From: an uncultured delta proteobacterium
GTDB taxonomy: Bacteria > Desulfobacterota > Syntrophia > Syntrophales > UBA5619
Direction: 5' to 3'
Length of the DNA stretch: 64,000 nucleotides
NCBI GenBank assembly: GCA_963817385.1
Contig: CAWFOM010000005.1
Coordinates: 416,001 to 480,000 of the forward strand
The translations under genes and the position numbers were made by a program. The notes under the pieces were generated by a model that was not told the origin of the DNA, did not search any database, and saw only the letters and a list, made by a program, of their open reading frames with translations. Shown in pieces: positions 21,707 through 30,852 of this stretch. Positions within the stretch are counted from its first letter, which is position 1, and each line of letters opens with the position of its first letter.

Positions 21707-21741
21707 GTGGGGGGCCTTGGGGAAAAAGGCCCCCCACTTTT
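21707..21741 (+). terminator. Second intrinsic terminator
   Basis: 12-bp stem GTGGGGGGCCTT / AAGGCCCCCCAC followed by TTTT. Confidence 0.75.
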
Positions 21742-21834
21742 CATTTCGCTTCTTCGGTGCGGAGACCCTTCTTTTCAGGCGGCGGTCTCAAGGGGGCTGT
21801 GCGGTGGCAAAGGAAAGGAAAAACAGGGTGATGC

Positions 21835-22479
21835 ATGTCGAGCTCCGTCCTGCTGGCGGTGATCGGCCTGCTGATGCTTGCGGATGACTGCCGGGCCTTT
21901 CCCTACCGGCCGGCGGCTGCAGTGAGTATATTATCGGAATATGCGGCTTTCAATGATTCGGCCCCGCCCCATACCCAGGTTTGGAAGGTTGTGCCGGAAG
22001 TCGGTCCTGGCGGCGCATCGATCCTGCGGTTTTTCCTGGAAGCATCGGCCGAGGCGGTTACCGTGTGTGAACTCAGGCTTCCCTCGCCCGGGGCTGCCGG
22101 AGAAATCCGGTGGAAAGGGATGGGGGAGAGCGGACAAAAGAAAAGCGGCGCGGGCATATTGCTTCTGCCCGGCTTTCCGGCGCCATGCGATGTTCTCCCC
22201 GTCGGCCGGGGCGATAGAGGCGCGGCGTACGAGGAGAGAATCGAAGCCGGAGGCAGGGTGTTCTCCAAGAGTTACCGGGTTTCCTTTGCGGCATTCACTG
22301 TCGCCGACGCAAAGGCGATGGGCTGGATCAGGGTAGAGGACCCGGGCAAGGCTGGGCTGATCATGGTCACCGTTACCGATGAAAGAGGGCGCCCGGTGGT
22401 AAAGCAATTGTGGCCTGCGGACGGGTCATGGTGGCTTTATGAGGAAACGCCTCTGCGGCGTTCGTGGCTTATTCATTAG
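21835..22479 (+). CDS. Hypothetical exported protein
   Basis: 214-aa ORF with hydrophobic N-terminus and Trp-rich C-terminus (QLW..DGSWWLYEETP.RRSWL); start uncertain. Confidence 0.65.
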   Translation: MSSSVLLAVIGLLMLADDCRAFPYRPAAAVSILSEYAAFNDSAPPHTQVWKVVPEVGPGGASILRFFLEASAEAVTVCELRLPSPGAAGEIRWKGMGESGQKKSGAGILLLPGFPAPCDVLPVGRGDRGAAYEERIEAGGRVFSKSYRVSFAAFTVADAKAMGWIRVEDPGKAGLIMVTVTDERGRPVVKQLWPADGSWWLYEETPLRRSWLIH

Positions 22480-22497
22480 TATTGCGATAATATTACT

Positions 22498-24981
22498 ATG
22501 AAATCAATTGGTTTTACAAATCCGGGATCAATTTGGAAACTCTCCGCGGTTGCGGTGCTCTTCTCTTTTATTTTCCTTTCGGTTTTTTTTCAGCCTTTTG
22601 CTTATGCCGAGACCCAGGAGGCGTCGTTCCATCCATGGTCGGGTTACTGGTGGCCCTATACAAGAGGGGGGCTCGGCACCGGTATGGACTATCGCGGCAG
22701 GCCGGCTCCTTTGGAGAAGTACAATCTCCTCACGACCGGCATCACTTCCGGTCAGGCGCTGACTGCGTACCTGGATGTGCATTATGATCCGCAAGCGCCC
22801 GGCTGGTACGGGCTTTGCCAATACTGGGCGCTCGCCGCGTCCTACGAGCATATCGACATACTTCCTTCTTCGGAGAAAAACATCATCTTCCGGGTCGGGG
22901 ACAAGAAAGGGCTCCTGACGCTTGCTCACAACAGTGCCATTGGCGATATTGCAAATGGCTCCCAGCCCGAGGAGTTCCACTTCTGGCTTCTCAACTATAT
23001 CAAGGACCAGAAAAAGGTCTTTGTGGCCGACCTCGCTGCGGGGCCGGAGGTATGGTCATACCCGATCTATAAATACGAAATGCAAACCTCCCGAAACGGA
23101 AACGTCGAGTCGGTTTCGGTAAAGGTTTATTACGCCGATGACGTCGTGACTCCGGACTACATGGGAACAAAGGTCCGCACGTCTGATTACACCTATGACC
23201 TTTTCCTGGATGGGGCCGGGGCCATCACCGGCGGCCAGTGGACAGGGTTGAGCATCGCCGACCATCCGGAGCTCCTGAGCGTTTCCAGTGATGTCCGCAC
23301 CACTTTTCCCGGCCTGGATTATCAAGAGATCGTGAGACTTGCCGGATCCAGGGATGACTTCCTGGAGAAAGGGAGCCAGACCGTGGAGATCGGCCCGGGG
23401 ACGTACAATCTTGTCCTCCTCGATGAAGATGTGTACACGATCTCCACTGTTTCCGGGGATATTCTGTCTGTTCGGATTGAAAAAGAACCGGGGAGTTTGC
23501 AAAATATTGATGCGGTTGTCGTGGATGGGAACGGGGCAGAGGTGCAACGCGCAATCGTGTCTGAGAGTAGTCCCATGGACATCCTGATGACCTCCACAAC
23601 TCCGCCGTACATCATCCGGTTGACGCAGGCTAATTATGCGGACCCGAATATCTATCTCCTGAAGGCGGATGTGAAAAGGTCGTACACCCAGGAAGTTCCG
23701 TACATTCCCAAGGGGAGTGAGTGGTCCGGTTTCGCCCTGACCAATCCGGGAAGCACCGGGGTTGAGCGGGTGACATTGACGACGCGAGACAGGGAAGGAA
23801 AACCGATCCAGACGGTCTTGGGTCCGCTGACACTTGCGCCCGGCGAGAAGAGGATATTTCTTTTCAGCGATTTATCCGTGCGACTGCATGAACTATCCGA
23901 AACCTCCGGGCTAACCCTGTCAGCGGATGGGCCGGTGGATCTTCTCAATCTGATCGGTGAGGGTGAGCATTTCCTCACAACATTTGTCCAGGGCGATGCA
24001 CGGGGTTCTCGGCTGGTGATCCCCGATACGGCCCCTCCGATGATCTCGGGTGTGAGGATGTTCGGGGGTGTGAGAAACGAGTCGTTTGAAGAGACCCGGG
24101 TAACGCTTCGCTTATATTCGGCGGCGGGCGTACTCCTGAAGGAGGTCTCGGAGCCGATCGCTTGCACGCGAGTGGCTCTCCATCGAGCCCGGTTCCTATC
24201 CGTTCTACAGCATGCCGAAATCGGGATGGATCGAGATCCTGGGGAACGGGGAACAGATCCTGAGCGGTTTTCAATACACTTCGGATTCATCCGGTGTTGA
24301 AACCCTGTTTGCGCTCCCGGTGGGCTCTTCGAAAAAGATCGTGCCACATGTCCCCGAGCCGGGCTACTGGAGAACCCGAGTGACCCTGATCAACCCGAAT
24401 GATACGGAGAATCCCGTCAAGTTCCATCCGGCACGGGCCGGGGCGGACGGGGGAGGGGATCTCGATATCCTGCTGGCGCCCGGTGAAAAGAAGGTCCTGG
24501 AGATCCAGGATCAATTCGGAAAGAGGGAAGGGGAGCCGCTGTATCATTCGATCCTTGAGATAACCGGCCGGTATCCCCTGGTCGGTTACTTTACCTACAG
24601 CACCATCAACGGGACAGACGATGCGAGCTATCCGCTCCTGGACGACACCCATTTCAAGAGCACGCTCAGCCTGCCGCACTACCCGGGCAATGACGCAGCT
24701 ACTGGTGGACCGGGGTCGTCGTCTGCAATCCTTCGGCGGTTGCCGTTACGGTGAAGATCGAGCCCTATGATCGTGACGGGAATCTGCTGGAGGGGAATGT
24801 TATATCCGTCAACCTCGATGCCGGGGCTTATGACGTGTTTGAAGTGGCATCCCGTTTCGGGGAGTCTGCATCCGAGATCTCGTTCATCAAGTTCCGCACG
24901 GAGGGAGATTCCGGCGCTATTGGCGGTTTCTATCTGTATGGCGACAGCGGGAATCACATCTTGAGCGGGGCGAATATGTGA
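22498..24981 (+). CDS. Secreted transglutaminase-elicitor-like protein with four C-terminal beta modules; frameshifts ~24162 and ~24695
   Basis: PWSGYWWP, KY, WYGLCQYWA, VWSYP, W.G.S..DHP motifs; ORFs 22498/24212/24751 join into one protein. Confidence 0.65.
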
Positions 24982-24987
24982 AATACG

Positions 24988-25437
24988 TTATTTCTGCTTT
25001 TTCTCCGTGGTAAATGGGGTTTTTTGCGACTGCAACCCGGACTTTACAAACCATTGCCCCCGTTCTTTAACCCAGGTTTGCATCTCGGACACCCCTTTGA
25101 AGTCGTATCCCATATACGAAATGTCTATCTTGACCTTTACCGTTGCCTGATCCCCCGAGGGAAGCATCTTTATCTCCTCTATCGCGAATCCCCGGTAATT
25201 CAGCTTTCTGGTCCGGTAAACGTAATTCTCCCGCGCTACCTTCTCGCGAGAGGTAGAGTCAAAAAACCCATAGGCGAGGTCCCATTTTCGGCCGATCTGG
25301 GCCTGCATGTAATTTTTCACCCGTTCATCGAGGGGCTCCTGTTTTGCGGTTAGGGAAGACAAAGCGGCACACCCTGCCGACAAGATCAACATCAGGCAGC
25401 ATGCCGCCGCCAATAGCGTTCGTCTTTTGCTTTTCAC
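24988..25437 (-). CDS. Lipoprotein of unknown function (NTF2-like pattern)
   Basis: Lipobox LSAGC; W..AY and WVKERGQW motifs; GTG start overlaps the upstream stop. Confidence 0.75.
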   Translation of the reverse strand: MKSKRRTLLAAACCLMLILSAGCAALSSLTAKQEPLDERVKNYMQAQIGRKWDLAYGFFDSTSREKVARENYVYRTRKLNYRGFAIEEIKMLPSGDQATVKVKIDISYMGYDFKGVSEMQTWVKERGQWFVKSGLQSQKTPFTTEKKQK

Positions 25438-26456
25438 CGTGCTTCTCCTTTTCTTTTTTCGGGTTGTTCTTTCCGGTAACGCTCCATGAACTCCTCCGGA
25501 CTCAATTGCAGCCCCTCCATCAGTCCCTTGCGTGTTTTCCGTTGTTTTGCCGTTACCTGGGCCTGTTTATGCTTTTCTACGAGTCTCGCGATCTCCCCAT
25601 TGTCCTGAACGGAACCATCCAACGGGATATATCTTCTTTCGCTCACGCTGAGTGCCGGCTTTTCATCGAGGGTGATCTTGAGTAATCCCAGTATCTTTCC
25701 CAGGGACCCTGTCTGGAGGAGCACGGTTTTCTCGGAAGCCTTTGCAAAAAACGGGTCATCGCTTCCGGACGAAATGGCCACGTCAATTCCTTGTACGGCC
25801 TCTGCCAGCGCAAGGGTCTTCTCTGCGTCGAATTGGGACAGCAGGATGACCAGATCGGCCTTTCCCCTCACCTCGGCCAGCAGCCTGTTCAGGGCGGTCT
25901 CCGGGGGTATGACCTCCAACCCTTTCACCTGTCCCTGATCAGGGAGTTGCGCGAGGCCATCCGGATCTAATATGCCGAGAATGGCTACTTTTATGCCGCC
26001 CACCTCCTTGATGAGGTACTCCCGGGTCCAGGGAAGCCTGCTGCCGCCATAAAGCAGATTTGATGCAATATAGGGGAAGGAGACAGGGGAACGCGCATGT
26101 TCGAGGAATTCCTTTCCAAAATTGAACTCCGGACTTCCAAGATTTAAGGCATCGTATCCCATCAGTTCCATTGCCTGCAACTGTAATTCGGCCGTATCTT
26201 TTTGACGATCGAAAACCGCCCCGCAATCCAGGAGCAGGACTGATGGTTCGCTTTTCCGGATAGATTCTATCATCTGTGCGCGCCGGGCCAGACCGCCCGA
26301 GCTCTTCGCACCTCAGGAAGGACAAGGATCAATGGTACCCTTTACGGAACCGGTGTAAAGGATGGTGATGGTCTTGGCGCCTGCGGCAAAAGAGACAGGC
26401 AACCACGAGATGCTAAGTACCAACGATAATAGGAATGGAAGGAGAAACCGTTTCAT
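25434..26456 (-). CDS. Exported UshA/5'-nucleotidase-fold selenoprotein (340 aa; Sec48 in C-P-S-U)
   Basis: Signal peptide MKRFLL..SFA; TGA at 26315-26313 is in frame with GAKSSGGLARRAQMI..LLLDCG; SECIS-like hairpin directly downstream. Confidence 0.88.
26276..26311 (-). promoter_or_regulatory. Bacterial SECIS element
   Basis: UGA-GGUGCGAAGAGCUCGGGC-GGUCUG-GCCCGGCGCGCAC: upper stem CGGGC/GCCCG, lower stem GUGCG/CGCAC; GGUCUG at +22..+27. Confidence 0.85.
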
Positions 26457-26558
26457 GTTAACCCCTTGTGGAAAGATTTTTTTCTGTAATTCCGCATATC
26501 GACGGCGCATCTTTACCACGCTGGATTTTTGAAAGCAATACTTTTTATGGAAGCGAAT

Positions 26559-26675
26559 GTGAATTGCAAATTGCCTTTTCCTGTAAAAGCGGATATGGGT
26601 AACACGCAGGACGGAACGGGATGATGTGTTGCAAAAACGGTTAGAGCCCTGAGAATTTATTTAGGTTATCAATGG
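26559..26675 (+). repeat. Leader direct repeat, copy A (upstream of the TMTC-like gene)
   Basis: GTGAATTGCAAATTG..GTAAAAG.GGATATGGGTA..GGATGAT.TGTTG; similar to 28570-28686. Confidence 0.85.
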
Positions 26676-28573
26676 CAAAAGGGTCGAAGAAAAAAGTATC
26701 GGATAACAAGAAAAAAGCCGACAAGATGCCGACAGGATCTGTCAAGGCAGCGGATTTTTTCCGGAAACCGGTTGTCCATATCCTGATCATTGTCGTCTTG
26801 GGCGTTCTGATTTATTCGAATACCTTCAACATTCCTTTTGCCTTTGATGATACCTCCAGCATCAGGTATAATTCTACTATAAAGGATGTTCATCATATTA
26901 TCGATCCGCAAAATATCTATAGCAATCGACTTATCGGGCAATTGACCTTTGCGTTAAACTATCAACTGCACGGACTCAATGTGGCCGGCTACCATATTTT
27001 CAACCTTTTAATTCATCTGTTGAATGCCCTGCTCGTTTACTGGTTGATTATTCTTACCTTCAGGACCCCATACGTGTCTGCATATCTTCAGAAGGATGTT
27101 TTAAAGACTTCAGATCCCTACCGCTGGATCCCCTTATTTACAGCCCTTCTCTTTGTAAGCCATCCGGTTCAGACCCAGGCCGTGACATATATTGTCCAAA
27201 GATATGCATCTCTATCAACATTGTTTTATCTGGTTTCTCTGGTCACGTATGTCAAGGCAAGGGGTGCCGACTCATCAAAGAAGGCAAGATATGCCTTGTA
27301 TGCAGCGTCGATCATTTCCGCTGTCCTGGCTATGAGGACAAAAGAGATTGCCTTTACCTTGCCGATTATCGTCTTGCTTTATGAATTCATGTTTTTCCGG
27401 GGTGATATCAAGAAACGGATGCTTTACCTGCTTCCTCTGCTTCCCCTCCTTCTGACGATGTTTATTATCCCTTTGTCCATGATGTTACGGCAGAGCGGAT
27501 CAACAGGGGCAAGTGGGATTGATGCATTAACAAAGATAGCAGGTTCCGTGGATGTCTCGCGGTGGGATTATTTGAACACGCAGTTCCGGGTCATTGTGAC
27601 GTACATCAGGTTGTTGTTTCTCCCGGTTAATCAGAATCTTGATTACGATTATCCCATATACAGGACATTCTTTACACCTCCGGTATTTTTGTCTTTTTTT
27701 GTTCTTTTGGGTGTATTTTGTTGGGGGATATATCTGCTTTACCGTTCGTACAAATCAGACCAGGCAAACCATTGCTGGTACAGGTTGATTGCTTTTGGGA
27801 TATTCTGGTTTTTTGTGACCTTATCGGTTGAATCGAGCATTATCCCTATTGAGGATGTCATTTTTGAACACAGGCTATATCTCCCCTCGGTCGGATTTTC
27901 TATGGCGATCATGTCGGGGGTTGTATTCATTTACGTGAGACTGGCAAACCAGACAAAAGTAGTAGCGAAAGTATTCTTACCGGTAATGATCTTGATGGTG
28001 ATCAGTTTATCACTGACAGCCTATGCGAGGAATATGGTCTGGTCGGATAAGGTGACACTGTGGGAGGATGTGGTCAAAAAAAGTCCCTACAAGACTCGAC
28101 CTCATTACAACCTGGCAGAGGCTTATCAGAAACAGGGTCGTCTTAATGATGCTGTCAAGGAATATCAGACGGCGATAAACCTTAAACCGGATCTGGTTGA
28201 GCCCCATTACAATCTGGGGTTGGCTAACCAGGCACTGGGGCGTTTCGATGACGCTGTCAGGGAATATCAGACGGCGATAAAACTCAAACCGGATTATGCT
28301 GATGCCCATAACAACCTGGGCGTGACGTATGGGATGCAGGGTCGTTTTGATGACGCTATCAAGGAATATCAGACGGCGATAAAACTTGAACCGGGTTATG
28401 CTAAGGCCTATAACAACCTGGGCGTGGCTTATCATCGCCAGGGACGTCTTGATGACGCTGTCAGAGAATATCAGACGGCGATAAAACTCAAACCGGATTA
28501 TGCTGATGCCCATAACAACCTGAGGTTAGCTTATCAGCAACAGAGTCGTCAGACTACCCGGGGAGTAAAGTGA
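26672..28573 (+). CDS. TMTC-like GT-C membrane glycosyltransferase with C-terminal TPRs
   Basis: FAFDD acidic motif after TM1, HPVQTQAVTYIVQR, KE, EHRLYLPS; four to five TPR units. Confidence 0.82.
   Translation: MAKGSKKKVSDNKKKADKMPTGSVKAADFFRKPVVHILIIVVLGVLIYSNTFNIPFAFDDTSSIRYNSTIKDVHHIIDPQNIYSNRLIGQLTFALNYQLHGLNVAGYHIFNLLIHLLNALLVYWLIILTFRTPYVSAYLQKDVLKTSDPYRWIPLFTALLFVSHPVQTQAVTYIVQRYASLSTLFYLVSLVTYVKARGADSSKKARYALYAASIISAVLAMRTKEIAFTLPIIVLLYEFMFFRGDIKKRMLYLLPLLPLLLTMFIIPLSMMLRQSGSTGASGIDALTKIAGSVDVSRWDYLNTQFRVIVTYIRLLFLPVNQNLDYDYPIYRTFFTPPVFLSFFVLLGVFCWGIYLLYRSYKSDQANHCWYRLIAFGIFWFFVTLSVESSIIPIEDVIFEHRLYLPSVGFSMAIMSGVVFIYVRLANQTKVVAKVFLPVMILMVISLSLTAYARNMVWSDKVTLWEDVVKKSPYKTRPHYNLAEAYQKQGRLNDAVKEYQTAINLKPDLVEPHYNLGLANQALGRFDDAVREYQTAIKLKPDYADAHNNLGVTYGMQGRFDDAIKEYQTAIKLEPGYAKAYNNLGVAYHRQGRLDDAVREYQTAIKLKPDYADAHNNLRLAYQQQSRQTTRGVK
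28130..28525 (+). repeat. 102-bp-period tandem repeat encoding TPR units
   Basis: GAATATCAGACGGCGATAAA recurs four times at 102-bp spacing. Confidence 0.85.
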
Positions 28574-28686
28574 ATTGCAAATTGTGTTTTCCCGTAAAAG
28601 TGGATATGGGTAGGGCGTAAGACAAAACAGGATGATTTGTTGTGAAAAATGGTTGGAGACCCGAGTAACTTTTATATAAAAAATGG
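28570..28686 (+). repeat. Leader direct repeat, copy B (upstream of the second wzm)
   Basis: Same 113-bp distance from repeat start to ATG as copy A; contains the stop codon of the TMTC-like gene. Confidence 0.85.
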
Positions 28687-29543
28687 CTGAAATCATCAAA
28701 ATAATATCCCCCAAGGGAGAGAGTGTCACAGGGTTTGTCAATCCGGTCCGGATCGTATCGCATCTCTGGAAATACCGGGACCTGATACGACAGTTGACAT
28801 GGCGTGAGGTTGTGGGGCGCTACAAGGGATCGTTTATCGGGCTGGGATGGTCATTCATTCAACCACTGATCATGCTGTGTGTTTACACGTTTGTTTTTTC
28901 GGTTATCTTCAAGGCCAGGTGGGGCGTCGAGTCCGATGAAGGCAAAGCCGCTTTCGCCCTTGCCCTGTTTATGGGATTGATAACCTTCAGTATTTTTTCA
29001 GAAGTGGCAAATTCTGCCCCTTCTCTGGTGCTGGGCAGCGCCAATTATGTCAAGAAGGTGGTTTTTCCTCTGGAAATTCTTCCTCTTGTGAGGCTTTTCA
29101 GCGTCTTGATAAATGCTGTTTTCAGTCTGGGTGTGCTGTTCATGGGAATCCTTATCTTCAATCATTTTATCCACTGGACAGCGTTCCTGCTTCCGCTCAT
29201 ATGGTTGCCGATGATGATGTTTACGCTGGGTTGTGGCTACTTTCTGGCTTCTCTTGGGGTATTTGTAAGAGATATAGGAACCGTCATCGGCGTTTTGACC
29301 ACAATGCTTTTTTTTCTTACCCCAATCTTTTACCCCATAAACGCTGTGCCCGAACAGTTTCGTATTTTTTGCCGGATAAATCCGATTGCCATATTTGTGG
29401 AGGGTGCCCGCAGGGTTGTGCTGTGGGGCCTTTTCCCGGACTGGCTCTGGTTTTTTTTCGGCATGGCCTTGTCTGTTGCGGTGTTGATCTTTGGTTTTGT
29501 GTGGTTTATGAAGAGTAAAAAGGCCTTTGCGGATGTCATATAG
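28683..29543 (+). CDS. wzm: Second polysaccharide ABC exporter permease
   Basis: RYKGSFIG..W..IQPL, NYVKKVVFP, FFLTPIFYP, FADVI end. Confidence 0.93.
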   Translation: MAEIIKIISPKGESVTGFVNPVRIVSHLWKYRDLIRQLTWREVVGRYKGSFIGLGWSFIQPLIMLCVYTFVFSVIFKARWGVESDEGKAAFALALFMGLITFSIFSEVANSAPSLVLGSANYVKKVVFPLEILPLVRLFSVLINAVFSLGVLFMGILIFNHFIHWTAFLLPLIWLPMMMFTLGCGYFLASLGVFVRDIGTVIGVLTTMLFFLTPIFYPINAVPEQFRIFCRINPIAIFVEGARRVVLWGLFPDWLWFFFGMALSVAVLIFGFVWFMKSKKAFADVI

Positions 29544-29570
29544 CATAAGGTTTACTTCTGGGAAGAGTGT

Positions 29571-30851
29571 ATGTCTCATGATTTTGCAGTTCGCGCCAAT
29601 AATTTAGGCAAGTGTTACCAGATTTATGAGAAGCCGCTGGACCGTCTGAAACAATCTCTCTGGCGGGCACGAAAACGGTTCTATCGGGAGTTTTGGGCCC
29701 TCAAGGAGTGCTCGTTCGAAATCAAGAAAGGAGAAACTGTCGGGGTAATCGGCTCCAACGGGTCCGGGAAATCAACACTATTGCAAATCATTTGCGGCAC
29801 ACTGAATCCGACCGAGGGTGAGCTGGGAGTGAGCGGCCAGATCGCCGCTTTATTAGAGTTAGGGGCGGGATTCAATCCGGAGTTCACGGGACGTGAAAAT
29901 GTCTATATGAGCGCAGCCATCATGGGGATTTCCCGGTCAGAGATAGAATCAAGATATGATAATATTGCCGCCTTTGCCGATATTGGCAGCTTCATTGAAC
30001 AGCCGGTAAAGATATATTCCAGCGGAATGTATGTCCGACTGGCATTCGCCGTCGCGGTCAATGTGTCACCGGACATCCTTGTGGTGGATGAAGCGCTGTC
30101 CGTGGGTGATGCCCGTTTTCAGCAAAAATGCATGGCGAAGATAAGGATGTTTTGTCAGACCGGTACGGTGATCTTTGTTTCGCATGATACGGCTGCGGTG
30201 ACGGAGCTGTGCTCCCGGGCCATCTGGATCGAGTCGGGAAGAATTAGGATGGATGGATCGCCGAAGTTCGTCGTGGAGAAATACCTTCAATTTATGTATG
30301 AAGGGGACAGCAGATTTGAGGCGCCGGTCTTGAAAAGCGATGGGGATTCTCAGCGCGATTTTGATACAGGCGGATTTACGCCGGTGGGAGACGATATACG
30401 GCAGTTTGGGGACCGCCGGGTTACCATAGAGGCCGTGCGTCTTGTTTCCCAAGGATCCCAGAACGGTGTCGTGTATGCAGGACAGGCGTGCGAGATCGGC
30501 ATAGCGCTGCGTACTCATAACGACATCGCAAACCCCATAGTTGGCTTTATCGTCAAGGACCGTCTGGGCCGCGAGATTCTCGGCGACAATACGCACTTGA
30601 TCAAAAAGAAACTCCCTTCATTGTCAAGTGGAAAGAGATACGTGATAACCTTTCAAATTGATGCGTGGCCAAATCTGCTTGAGGGAGAATATTCCCTAAC
30701 AGTTGCCATAGCAGACGGCGCATTGCATGACCATATGCAATGCCACTACCTGCATGATGCCCTGATCTTCAAAAGTGTTCCTGTCAGGATGCCCGGTGGG
30801 ATACTTTCTATTCCAAATACCAAGGTCGGATTTTTTCCGGAGGAAAGTTGA
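29571..30851 (+). CDS. wzt: Second polysaccharide ABC exporter ATPase with C-terminal domain
   Basis: GSNGSGKST, YSSGM, DEALSVGD. Confidence 0.93.
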   Translation: MSHDFAVRANNLGKCYQIYEKPLDRLKQSLWRARKRFYREFWALKECSFEIKKGETVGVIGSNGSGKSTLLQIICGTLNPTEGELGVSGQIAALLELGAGFNPEFTGRENVYMSAAIMGISRSEIESRYDNIAAFADIGSFIEQPVKIYSSGMYVRLAFAVAVNVSPDILVVDEALSVGDARFQQKCMAKIRMFCQTGTVIFVSHDTAAVTELCSRAIWIESGRIRMDGSPKFVVEKYLQFMYEGDSRFEAPVLKSDGDSQRDFDTGGFTPVGDDIRQFGDRRVTIEAVRLVSQGSQNGVVYAGQACEIGIALRTHNDIANPIVGFIVKDRLGREILGDNTHLIKKKLPSLSSGKRYVITFQIDAWPNLLEGEYSLTVAIADGALHDHMQCHYLHDALIFKSVPVRMPGGILSIPNTKVGFFPEES

Positions 30852-30852
30852 A

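Noticed and set aside
21623..21887. C-terminal extension of the S-layer candidate to 21887
   Set aside because: Runs through two terminator hairpins with non-protein-like composition; the true stop is probably near 21622.
28130..28525. Regularly spaced repeats as a CRISPR array
   Set aside because: In-frame 102-bp TPR-coding repeats with similar intervening sequence; no cas genes.
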